A stretch of 63,819 nucleotides of DNA, filler included. It is 5 parts of 5 records of this genome, joined end to end, with 100 filler letters (N's around TTAATTAATTAA, not from the genome) between each part and the next. Parts side by side here need not be neighbours in the genome. Positions count along the whole stretch, not along the records: positions 43,893 to 54,345 come from DRR723986_3151; positions 54,446 to 63,819 come from DRR723986_3167; 3 more parts are not named here. One strand, 5' to 3'. Both the position numbers and the translations under genes were made by a program. Below the pieces are notes generated by a model, which was given only the letters and a program-made list of their open reading frames with translations, searched no databases and was not told the DNA's origin. How positions within the stretch are numbered: position 1 is the stretch's first letter; each line of letters opens with the position of its first letter. Positions 51,545 to 60,409 of this stretch are shown here, one piece after another.

Positions 51545-52726
51545 ATGCTTTTACTTATCGGTCTTCTCAGTGCTGCGGCAGTCAGCGGAATCGTCGGTTA
51601 TATCGACGAAATGGCTCCTGATGGCATGCCTGAAGACGACGATGGCCCCGGCCAAGAGATGCGCGGAACCCAGGATGATGATTTCATCACCGGAACGGGT
51701 CAGGATGATTTACTGGCAGGTTTGGGCGGCAACGACCAATTGATTGGCGAATCTGGAAACGACACGCTGCGTGGCGGCTCTGGAGATGACAATCTGTTGG
51801 GGTTCGACGGCAATGATAGCCTGTCTGGATCGGATGGAGCCGACACATTGTTTGGTCAATCCGGAAATGACACTCTGTTCGGCGGCAATGACGACGACAC
51901 ATTGAACGGTGGCTCTGGGGATGACGCGCTGGGTGGCAGCTTGGGCCGTGACCTGCTGCAGGGCGAGTCTGGTGACGATTTCCTAAACGGTGGATACGGC
52001 CAAGATACCCTCGAAGGTGGAAATGGCGCCGATACTCTGGATGGGCACGTCGGCCGAGATATTCTTTCAGGTGGCGCAGGTCAGGATCAGCTGTCAGGTG
52101 GCGCGGATTCGGATATTCTGGATGGGGGAGATGGTTCCGACAGTCTATCTGGGGATCAAGGGAATGACATACTGCGCGGTGGCGTTGGAGATGACTCATT
52201 GGGCGGTGGCCAGGGTCAAGACGTCCTAGAAAGCGGCATTGGCGCAGACACACTGGCTGGGGGTGACGGCGCTGATCTTTTGGTGGGTGGGTCCGCTTTT
52301 GCTGATGGCACCTCTTTGTCTGATCTGACCGGTTTACGGGCCTATCTTGATAGCGGGTACAGCACTTTTGCGCCCAACTTCCCTCTGCAATTTGTAGATG
52401 ACGGAGAAGCAGATCATTTAGACGCGGGTGATGGAGACGACATCATCGTTGCTGGTGACAATGATGTCATCCTGTCTGGCGACGGCGCTGATGATATCTA
52501 TGTTCTTGATGGAGCCGGTGAAAACCCTGCGATCATCGAAGATTTCAACGCAACCATGGATGAAATCCTTTTCTACAAAAATGCGGGTGATCCGGACCCA
52601 GATTTCGCATTGGCCGCCAATGATGATGGGTCTCAAACCCTGTTCGCAGATGGGCAACCCTTTTTGGTGATCCAAGGAAGCACTGCGAGCCTCACCAATA
52701 TCCGTGCCGTTATCCAGCCCGCCTAA
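51545..52726 (+). CDS. Ca2+-binding RTX (GGxGxD)-repeat protein with N-terminal hydrophobic segment
   Basis: Very acidic; 22 contiguous nonapeptide repeats; N-terminus MLLLIGLLSAAAVSGIVGY; C-terminal I.DF...DEI motif. Confidence 0.82.
   Translation: MLLLIGLLSAAAVSGIVGYIDEMAPDGMPEDDDGPGQEMRGTQDDDFITGTGQDDLLAGLGGNDQLIGESGNDTLRGGSGDDNLLGFDGNDSLSGSDGADTLFGQSGNDTLFGGNDDDTLNGGSGDDALGGSLGRDLLQGESGDDFLNGGYGQDTLEGGNGADTLDGHVGRDILSGGAGQDQLSGGADSDILDGGDGSDSLSGDQGNDILRGGVGDDSLGGGQGQDVLESGIGADTLAGGDGADLLVGGSAFADGTSLSDLTGLRAYLDSGYSTFAPNFPLQFVDDGEADHLDAGDGDDIIVAGDNDVILSGDGADDIYVLDGAGENPAIIEDFNATMDEILFYKNAGDPDPDFALAANDDGSQTLFADGQPFLVIQGSTASLTNIRAVIQPA
51677..52270 (+). repeat. Array of 22 RTX nonapeptide repeats (27-bp period, degenerate at DNA level)
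   Basis: DDFITGTGQ/DDLLAGLGG/NDQLIGESG/.../ADTLAGGDG; 594 nt = 22 x 27. Confidence 0.85.
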
Positions 52727-52729
52727 CCC

Positions 52730-53809
52730 CTAAAAGAAGCTCAGTTGATCGCCAACTTGCTGAGGCACAGCAAACAGATCTGTTCGCAACGACTGCGTGC
52801 GTGTCGAAAACCCCAAGCGCTTTACCGCAGCTGTAAACCTCTGTTCGATGATACGTGCATAGGGCCCTTCTCCACGCATTCTATGCCCCCAGCGCGGATC
52901 ATAATCACGCCCACCATGCATCTCTCGTAACCGGGACATCACCTTGTTCGCGCGCCCTGGCTCGTGCTCGGCAAGCCAATCCTGCCAGAGCTCAGAGATT
53001 TCACGGGGTAAGCGCAGCATGATCCAACTGGCCGCATCCGCGCCCGCGGATTGACCGGCCGCCAACAATGCCTCCAATTCATGGTCTGTCAGCCCCGGTA
53101 TCATCGGTGAGGTCATGACCCGAACCGGAATGCCTGCGCTGCTCAGACGTTCGATCATCTGCAGCCGTCGAACCGGCGACGGCGCTCTGGGTTCCAACTT
53201 TCGACATAGGTTAGGATCTAACGTCGTCAATGACACTCCAACCCGCACAAGTCCGCGTTCAGCCATGGGCGCCAAAAGATCGATATCCCGTTCAATCAAC
53301 GCCCCTTTGGTGACAATGGCTAAGGGATGATTAAATTCGGCCAAAACCTCAAGACAGGCGCGCGTAATGCCCCGTTCTTTTTCGGCAGGCTGATACCCAT
53401 CCGTATTTGTGCCAATCGCAATGGGTGCAACTTTGTACCGCTTGGCTGTCAGTTCATTACGCAAAATTTCCGCTGCATTGGTGCGGGCAATCAGTTGCGT
53501 TTCAAAATCCAACCCCGGCGACAGCCCAAGATAGGCGTGGCTCGGGCGTGCGAAACAATAGGCACAACCATGTTCGCACCCCCGATACGGGTTGATGGAC
53601 CGATCAAATGGCAAATCTGGCGAGGTATTGTACGTAATCATCGAACGCGCCTGTTCTTCACGCACCTGCGTTCGAAAGGCGCCGCGTGGTTCGGGTATAT
53701 CCCACCCATCCCAAATCTCGCGCCGGGCAAGATCAAAGCGACCAGATTCATTTGTGGAAACGCCACGGGCTTTACGCCGATCCAAAGACAAAGAGTGTTC
53801 TACATTCAT
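52730..53809 (-). CDS. PA0069-family radical SAM protein (SplB-like, putative DNA repair)
   Basis: SPDLPFDRSINPYRGCEHGCAYCFARP (CxxxCxxC), GTNTD.YQ..E, LEPRA, RMRGEG; QLSFF beta-clamp-like C-terminus. Confidence 0.9.
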   Translation of the reverse strand: MNVEHSLSLDRRKARGVSTNESGRFDLARREIWDGWDIPEPRGAFRTQVREEQARSMITYNTSPDLPFDRSINPYRGCEHGCAYCFARPSHAYLGLSPGLDFETQLIARTNAAEILRNELTAKRYKVAPIAIGTNTDGYQPAEKERGITRACLEVLAEFNHPLAIVTKGALIERDIDLLAPMAERGLVRVGVSLTTLDPNLCRKLEPRAPSPVRRLQMIERLSSAGIPVRVMTSPMIPGLTDHELEALLAAGQSAGADAASWIMLRLPREISELWQDWLAEHEPGRANKVMSRLREMHGGRDYDPRWGHRMRGEGPYARIIEQRFTAAVKRLGFSTRTQSLRTDLFAVPQQVGDQLSFF

Positions 53810-53815
53810 ACCACA

Positions 53816-53844
53816 TATTTAGAACAAAAAGAGAACACATGCAA
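53816..53844 (-). promoter_or_regulatory. SOS-boxed promoter of the radical SAM gene
   Basis: Minus strand TTGCAT-[GT GTTC-TCTTTTT-GTTC]-TAAATA. The GTTC-N7-GTTC box (53822-53836) lies in the 17-bp spacer. Confidence 0.82.
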
Positions 53845-54018
53845 TCTCAGCAAGATCATTCTGCATATTTCTCATTATCAATGTAGCGAATTCCGACCTA
53901 TAGGTCGGTTGCAGAACCGCCAATGTCGCAATCGACGCAGTCGAAATCCGACCAACACGCAAAAAAGAAAACAACGGCCAATATCGGGGAATCCCCGTCC
54001 AGCGTAAGGAATACCACC

Positions 54019-54345
54019 ATGTCGGAAGAAGAAGACATCATCCTGTCGGAACTCGACGACGAAGAACTGGTCCAACAGATGTTCGACGACCTCTACGACG
54101 GTCTCAAAGAAGAGATCGAAGAGGGCGTCAACATCTTGCTCGAACGTGAGTGGGCCCCGTATGACGTACTGACCAAAGCGCTTGTCGGCGGCATGACCAT
54201 TGTTGGTGCTGACTTCCGCGACGGCATTCTGTTCGTTCCAGAGGTTCTTCTTGCTGCAAACGCAATGAAAGGTGGCATGGCCATCCTCAAGCCGCTGCTG
54301 GCAGCCACTGGCGCGCCGCGCGTTGGCAAAATGGTCATCGGCACC
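54019..54345 (+). CDS. Stand-alone corrinoid (B12-binding) protein, MetH cap/B12-domain-like (partial)
   Basis: ALVGGMTIVG.DFRDGILFVPEVLLAANAMK...GKMVIGT cap-domain motif; cut before DxHxxG. Confidence 0.85.
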
Positions 54346-54445
54346 NNNNNNNNNNNNNNNNNNNNNNNNNNNNNNNNNNNNNNNNNNNNTTAATTAATTA
54401 ANNNNNNNNNNNNNNNNNNNNNNNNNNNNNNNNNNNNNNNNNNNN
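54346..54445. other. Artificial contig spacer
   Basis: N44-TTAATTAATTAA-N44. Confidence 0.98.
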
Positions 54446-54474
54446 TGTCATCCTGAACTTGTTTCAGGATCTCA
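54446..54474. repeat. REP-like palindromic repeat, copy 1 (contig start)
   Basis: TGTC-ATCCTGAA-CTTGT-TTCAGGAT-CTCA; identical to 63791-63819. Confidence 0.88.
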
Positions 54475-54490
54475 TTATAATTATAAAACT

Positions 54491-55645
54491 ATGAACGTAG
54501 GAATTATAGGTTCGGGAACCATGGGAAGTGGTATAGCACAAGTTGCTGCCACTGCTGGTTGTCAAGTAAAATTATATGATACTAACCAAGCTGCCTTAGA
54601 TAAAGCAAAGGTTGCTTTAGAAAAAATATTGAATCGTTTGATTGAAAAAGGTCGAATTGATGCTGACGAAAAAACGAGAATTCAATCCAATATTTCCTAT
54701 GTAGATAGCTTAAAAGATTTAGGTGATTCAAACTTAACGATTGAAGCGATTATAGAAAATCTCAATATTAAGAAGAAAGTCTTTTCAGAATTGGAAAGCT
54801 ATGTCGCAGATGATTGCATTATAGCGTCTAATACCTCTAGTTTATCAATAGCGTCTATCGCCGCATCACTTCAAAAACCAGAACGTTGTGTTGGAATTCA
54901 TTTTTTTAATCCAGCACCTTTAATGAAATTGGTTGAGGTGATTCCAGCAATTCAAACTTCGCAAGATGTGTTGGAAACTTCTGTCAAAACAATTTCCGAT
55001 TGGAAGAAAGTTGTCGCAGTTGCTAAGGATACTCCTGGTTTCATTGTAAATCGTGTGGCACGACCATTTTATGGTGAAGCTTTACGAATTTATGAAGAAG
55101 GTATTGCAGATTTTGCAACCATAGATTGGAGTTTAAAAACTGTGGGTAGTTTCAGAATGGGACCATTTGAATTGATGGATTTCATTGGTAATGATGTCAA
55201 TTACACGGTTACAGAAACTGTGTTTACTGCCTTCTATTTCGACCCTAGATACAAACCAGCATTTACACAAAAACGATTTGCAGAAGCTGGTTATTTGGGC
55301 CGTAAATCTGGTAAAGGATACTATGATTATTCCGAAGGTGCTACAAAACCTGCCCCAAATGAAGACAAAGAAATAGGACAACAGATATTTAATCGTGTTT
55401 TAGTAATGCTCATTAATGAAGCGGCAGATGCTTTATTTTTAAATATTGCTTCAGCAGAAGATATAGATAACGCCATGACCAAAGGAGTTAATTATCCAAA
55501 AGGCTTATTAGCTTGGGCAGATGAAATAGGAATTGATAATTGCGTTACAGCACTAGATAAATTATATGATGAGTATCATGAAGATCGCTATCGTTGTAGT
55601 CCATTATTACGTAAAATGAGTAGAGAACATAAAACGTTTTTTTAA
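54491..55645 (+). CDS. paaH: 3-hydroxyacyl-CoA (3-hydroxyadipyl-CoA) dehydrogenase PaaH
   Basis: GSGTMGSGIA, EAIIE, SNTSS, GIHFFNPAPLMKLVE, DTPGFIVNR, GVNYPKG; paa context. Confidence 0.88.
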   Translation: MNVGIIGSGTMGSGIAQVAATAGCQVKLYDTNQAALDKAKVALEKILNRLIEKGRIDADEKTRIQSNISYVDSLKDLGDSNLTIEAIIENLNIKKKVFSELESYVADDCIIASNTSSLSIASIAASLQKPERCVGIHFFNPAPLMKLVEVIPAIQTSQDVLETSVKTISDWKKVVAVAKDTPGFIVNRVARPFYGEALRIYEEGIADFATIDWSLKTVGSFRMGPFELMDFIGNDVNYTVTETVFTAFYFDPRYKPAFTQKRFAEAGYLGRKSGKGYYDYSEGATKPAPNEDKEIGQQIFNRVLVMLINEAADALFLNIASAEDIDNAMTKGVNYPKGLLAWADEIGIDNCVTALDKLYDEYHEDRYRCSPLLRKMSREHKTFF

Positions 55646-56052
55646 TGGAAGGTGCAAAAATTCCATATAAAATGTTGAGTCAAGATGCCTATAGCCAATG
55701 GTTAGGTATTGAGATATTAGAATGTGAAATTGGTAGATGTAAAGTAGTCATGACGATTCGTAAAGACATGCTTAATAGTATGGATAAAGCACATGGTGGC
55801 ATTAGTTATTCACTTGCTGATACAGCATTTGGGTTTACTGCAAATACACATGGTAAATATGCTGTTTCTATTGAATCGAGCATCAATCATATTGAAGCGT
55901 TAGAGGAAGGTGATTATCTCATTGCAGAATCTGTTATCGAAAAGGTAAATAATAAATTAGGGTTTAATATCGTCGAAGTAAAACGCGGAGACGAATTAGT
56001 AGCACTATTTAAAGGTGTAGTTTATAGAACTCAAAAAGATTGGAAAGAATAA
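55645..56052 (+). CDS. paaI: PaaI hotdog-fold thioesterase
   Basis: D.YSQWLGI, MLN...AHGG..YSLADTAFG..N. Confidence 0.88.
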   Translation: MEGAKIPYKMLSQDAYSQWLGIEILECEIGRCKVVMTIRKDMLNSMDKAHGGISYSLADTAFGFTANTHGKYAVSIESSINHIEALEEGDYLIAESVIEKVNNKLGFNIVEVKRGDELVALFKGVVYRTQKDWKE

Positions 56053-57260
56053 TGAAAGAAGCATATATTATAGATGGTGTGCGAACACCAATAGGAAATT
56101 ATAAAGGAACCTTATCAGCAGTTCGTACAGACGATTTAGGAGCTTTAGTAATTGCAGAAGTTGTAAAACGAAACCCAAGTATTCCTAAAGAAGCTTATGA
56201 TGATGTTATTATGGGTTGTGCTAATCAAGCAGGAGAGGACAATCGTAATGTAGCTAGGATGTCGTCATTATTAGCAGGATTACCATTCACAGTTCCAGGA
56301 GAAACAGTCAATAGGTTATGTAGTTCAGGGTTGTCAGCAATCATTCATGCCAATCGTGCAATCAAAGCAGGAGATGGAGACTTGTTTATTTCAGGTGGTG
56401 TTGAGAATATGACCAGAGGGCCTTACGTGTTGGCAAAACCATCAAGTGCTTTTGGAGGTGATTCTAAAATGTATGATTCAACGTTTGGATGGCGTTTTAT
56501 CAATCCTAAAATGCAAAAGCTTTACGGTACTGATGGTATGGGAATGACTGCAGAAAACTTGGTTGAGAAATACAATATATCAAGAGAAGACCAGGATAAA
56601 TTTGCATACTGGAGTCAGATGAAAGCGACTAAAGCTCAAGAAAAGGGTCGCTTAGCAAAAGAAATAGTCACTGTTGAAATTCCACAACGTAAAAAAGACC
56701 CAATTCAATTTTCAAAAGATGAATTTGTAAAACCAAACACTTCACTTGAGGTATTAGGAAAGTTAAGAGCAGCTTTCAAAAAAGAAGGTGGTAGCGTTAC
56801 TGCAGGAAATTCATCAGGTTTAAATGATGGAGCAGCAGCAACCATTATCGCTTCAGAAGATGCAGTAAAAAAATACAATCTAAAACCATTAGTTAGAATC
56901 GTAAGTTCCGCTGTGGTTGGTGTAGAGCCAAGAATTATGGGAATTGGTCCTGTACAAGCATCTAATAAAGCTCTAGAAAAAGCTGGTCTGACCATGGATG
57001 ATATGGATATTATAGAGCTTAACGAAGCCTTTGCAGCGCAAGCATTAGCTTGTACACGAGCTTGGGGAATAGCTGATAATGATCCAAGATTAAATCCAAA
57101 TGGTGGTTCCATAGCCGTTGGGCACCCATTAGGAGTTACAGGAGCAAGAATAGCATATTCTGCAGCTTTAGAATTGCATGAGCAAAACAAAAAATACGCA
57201 CTAGTAACGATGTGTATAGGTGTAGGTCAAGGTTATGCAGCAATTATAGAACGCGTTTAG
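56052..57260 (+). CDS. pcaF: 3-oxoadipyl-CoA thiolase (PcaF/PaaJ)
   Basis: GCANQAGEDNRNVARM, NRLCSSG, NEAFA, GHPLG, MCIGVGQG. Confidence 0.92.
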   Translation: MKEAYIIDGVRTPIGNYKGTLSAVRTDDLGALVIAEVVKRNPSIPKEAYDDVIMGCANQAGEDNRNVARMSSLLAGLPFTVPGETVNRLCSSGLSAIIHANRAIKAGDGDLFISGGVENMTRGPYVLAKPSSAFGGDSKMYDSTFGWRFINPKMQKLYGTDGMGMTAENLVEKYNISREDQDKFAYWSQMKATKAQEKGRLAKEIVTVEIPQRKKDPIQFSKDEFVKPNTSLEVLGKLRAAFKKEGGSVTAGNSSGLNDGAAATIIASEDAVKKYNLKPLVRIVSSAVVGVEPRIMGIGPVQASNKALEKAGLTMDDMDIIELNEAFAAQALACTRAWGIADNDPRLNPNGGSIAVGHPLGVTGARIAYSAALELHEQNKKYALVTMCIGVGQGYAAIIERV

Positions 57261-57863
57261 ATGAAGATTTTAGTCATAGGAGGAAACGGAACCATCGGTA
57301 AAAAAGTGAGTGAACGATTGGCACAAAAGCATGAGGTGCTGATTGCTGGACGAAATTCAGGTGATGTAACTGTAGATTTTTCAGATTCAAGTTCCATAAA
57401 GTCAATGTTCGAATCTGTTGGTAAACTGGATGCTATTGTGGCTATAGCTGGTGATGCGAAATGGGATAAGTTAGATAATTTATCTGAAGACGATTTTTAC
57501 ATTGGCATAAAGAGTAAAATGATGGGGCAGGTTAATGTGGTGAGAATAGGAAAAGACTATCTAAATTCTGGAGGTTCAATAACCTTATCTACAGGAATAT
57601 TAGCAGACGACCCAGTTGATATGACAACGAGTGCAGCTATGGTAAATGGAGCAATTAATAGTTTTGTAAAAGCCGTAGCTTTAGAGTTGAAAGATGGCAA
57701 GCGCATCAATGTCGTATGTTCGGATTTGGTAGAAGACTCTTTTGAAAAATACAAAGATTATTTTCCAGGAAATACACCAGTACCAATGCACAAAATTGTC
57801 GATGGCTATGTAAAGTCCATTGAAGGAAAAATTATAGGAAGAATTTTAAGAATAATGGCTTAA
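57261..57863 (+). CDS. Short atypical SDR (no YxxxK)
   Basis: GGNGTIG Rossmann motif; SKMMGQVN; GGSITL.TG; AAMVN at the catalytic position. Confidence 0.8.
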   Translation: MKILVIGGNGTIGKKVSERLAQKHEVLIAGRNSGDVTVDFSDSSSIKSMFESVGKLDAIVAIAGDAKWDKLDNLSEDDFYIGIKSKMMGQVNVVRIGKDYLNSGGSITLSTGILADDPVDMTTSAAMVNGAINSFVKAVALELKDGKRINVVCSDLVEDSFEKYKDYFPGNTPVPMHKIVDGYVKSIEGKIIGRILRIMA

Positions 57864-57869
57864 GTTATT

Positions 57870-60407
57870 ATGGAAAAAACACAACATTATGTCCAAGGAA
57901 ATTGGACAACAGGTAAAGAAGAAGGAAAACCAATTCTAGACGCCGTCACTGGCGAGGCATTTACAAGTGTAGCAATTGAAGGTTTAGATATTCCTGAAAT
58001 ATTAAATTACGGAAGAACTAAAGGTGGAGAAAAACTTCGTAAAATGACTTTTCAAGAACGTGGCAATATGCTCAAGAAATTAGCATTATATCTAACTAAA
58101 AGAAAAGATGCCTTTTACGACTTAAGTTATCGCACTGGCGCGACCAAAGTGGATAGTTGGATAGATATTGAAGGCGGTTTTGGTAACCTTTTTGCAAATG
58201 CCTCATTACGTAAACTATTTCCCAATCAGCCGTTTCATGTCGAAGGTGATCCTGTAGATTTATCACGTGGTGGACGCTTTATGGCACATCATATTATGGT
58301 GCCTAAAAAAGGGGTTGCAGTGCATATTAATGCCTTTAACTTTCCAGTTTGGGGCATGTTAGAAAAATGTGCAGTGAATTGGATGGCAGGAATGCCTGCC
58401 GTGGTATTGCCAGCACCATCATCGTCTTATTTGGCAGAAGCTGTAGCAAGAACAATTATCGATTCAGGTATACTTCCAGAAGGTGCTCTTCAAATTATTA
58501 ATGGAACAGTAAGAACAATATTAGATACTGTAGAATCTCAAGATGTAGTGACATTCACAGGATCTGCTCAAACCGGACGTTTATTAAAAGCGCATCCTAG
58601 ATTGATACAAGAATCTGTGCCATTTACTATGGAAGCAGATTCTTTAAATGCTTCAATTTTAGGAGAAGATGCCGTGCCAGGAACTCCAGAATTCGATTTG
58701 TTCATCAAAGAAGTTCGAAAAGAAATGACAGTAAAAGCTGGACAAAAATGTACAGCAATACGTCGTATTATCGTTCCTGAGAATTTGGTTGAAGATGTTC
58801 AAATTGCTTTAGGAAAAGCATTAGATAAAGTGACTATTGGAGATCCAAGATTAAAAGAGGTGAGAATGGGGTCTTTGGTCAGTCACCAACAAGTTCAGGC
58901 CGTAAAAGATTCGGTAAATGACTTGGCAAAAGAAGCCCAAATTGTTTATGGTGATTTAGACAAAATCGAAACCATTGGAGCTGATGCCAAAAAAGGAGCA
59001 TTCATTAGTCCAATCTTATTACGAGCAGACCATCCATTTGAAAATACAATGATTCACGAGCGTGAGGCTTTTGGTCCTGTAAGCACCATAATGCCATATA
59101 ATAATTTGGAAGAAGCTGTCCAGTTAGCACAAATGGGTAAAGGATCTTTAGTGTCATCTATTGCAACTTTTGATGATAAAATTGCTGCAGATTATGTCGT
59201 TAATGCCGCAAGTCATCATGGTAGAATTTTAGTCATGAATCGTGAAATGGCTAAAGAGAGTACAGGTCATGGTTCACCATTACCGTATTTGGTTCACGGA
59301 GGTCCAGGGCGTGCTGGTGGTGGCGAAGAAATGGGAGGTATTCGAGGTATAAAGCATTATTTACAACGTACGGCAATTCAAGGATCGCCAACTACATTAA
59401 CTGAGATTACTGGAATATACCAACAGAATGCCAAATATAAAGAAGCTGAAGAGCATCCGTTTAAATACCATTGGGAAGACATCGAAGCTGGTATGTCCTT
59501 AAAAACATATAAGCGTACCTTAACAGACACCGATATTCAGAATTTTGCCAATTTAACTTGGGATCATTTTTATGCGCATACAGATATCACCTCTTTAGAT
59601 GGTAGTATTTTCGAAAAAAGAACAGCACATGGTTATTTTATAATTTCTGCAGCAGCAGGTTTATTCGTTTATCCAAATAAAGGTCCAGTAGCAGCTAATT
59701 ATGGATTGGATAGTATCAGATTCTTAAGGCCGTTATATCATAACGATACAATATATGTTCGCTTAACTTGTAAAGAAAAAGTGGACAGAGATGTCGCTTC
59801 TGCAGAGCATCCAAGTGGTATTGTAAAATGGCATGTTGAGGTTTTTGATGCTAATTTTGAAAACAGACCAGAAAGCCAAAAAACTGATAAAGACAGTCCT
59901 TTGGTTGCCGTTGCGACAATTTTAACGATGGTTCAGAAAAAGCAAGATACCTTTGTGGAAATGACAGATAATAAGATTGACGAATGTTTATCGAAACTGT
60001 CTGTAGACATGAAACCAAAATGGGGAATCATGACACCACAACACATGATTGAGCATTTGGAATACACCTATAAGATTGCTGCAGGTGAAATTCAGGATTT
60101 TGAAATTTCTACGCCAGAAAAGATTTTGGAAAAGGTTAAGAATAGCCTTTGGAATTATCAAAAGTTTCCTCAAAACTCGCAATTTCCTTTATTAGAAAAA
60201 GATATGCTCGATCATTTAAAACATGAAGATTTATTATCAGCTATTTCAAAGTTTAAAGCACAAAGAGCGAAGTATTTAGAATACTTTAAAGAACATCCAG
60301 ATGCTAAATTATCTAATATGGTGTTTGGTGAATTAAACAGATACGAGTGGTATTTGCTTGAAAGAAAGCACTTGAACCACCATTTTGAACAATTTGGATT
60401 ACTATAA
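57870..60407 (+). CDS. paaZ: PaaZ bifunctional oxepin-CoA hydrolase/aldehyde dehydrogenase with an extra C-terminal DinB/DUF1569-like domain
   Basis: INAFNFPVWG, FTGS, EADSLN, GQKCTAIRR, EAFGP, HGGPGRAGGGEE; MaoC domain (DHFYAH, AHGYF, NYG); about 150 extra residues. Confidence 0.93.
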   Translation: MEKTQHYVQGNWTTGKEEGKPILDAVTGEAFTSVAIEGLDIPEILNYGRTKGGEKLRKMTFQERGNMLKKLALYLTKRKDAFYDLSYRTGATKVDSWIDIEGGFGNLFANASLRKLFPNQPFHVEGDPVDLSRGGRFMAHHIMVPKKGVAVHINAFNFPVWGMLEKCAVNWMAGMPAVVLPAPSSSYLAEAVARTIIDSGILPEGALQIINGTVRTILDTVESQDVVTFTGSAQTGRLLKAHPRLIQESVPFTMEADSLNASILGEDAVPGTPEFDLFIKEVRKEMTVKAGQKCTAIRRIIVPENLVEDVQIALGKALDKVTIGDPRLKEVRMGSLVSHQQVQAVKDSVNDLAKEAQIVYGDLDKIETIGADAKKGAFISPILLRADHPFENTMIHEREAFGPVSTIMPYNNLEEAVQLAQMGKGSLVSSIATFDDKIAADYVVNAASHHGRILVMNREMAKESTGHGSPLPYLVHGGPGRAGGGEEMGGIRGIKHYLQRTAIQGSPTTLTEITGIYQQNAKYKEAEEHPFKYHWEDIEAGMSLKTYKRTLTDTDIQNFANLTWDHFYAHTDITSLDGSIFEKRTAHGYFIISAAAGLFVYPNKGPVAANYGLDSIRFLRPLYHNDTIYVRLTCKEKVDRDVASAEHPSGIVKWHVEVFDANFENRPESQKTDKDSPLVAVATILTMVQKKQDTFVEMTDNKIDECLSKLSVDMKPKWGIMTPQHMIEHLEYTYKIAAGEIQDFEISTPEKILEKVKNSLWNYQKFPQNSQFPLLEKDMLDHLKHEDLLSAISKFKAQRAKYLEYFKEHPDAKLSNMVFGELNRYEWYLLERKHLNHHFEQFGLL

Positions 60408-60409
60408 TT

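Noticed and set aside
51545-52726. RTX protein as a pore-forming toxin
   Set aside because: No pore-forming or enzymatic domain, and no acyltransferase or T1SS genes nearby.
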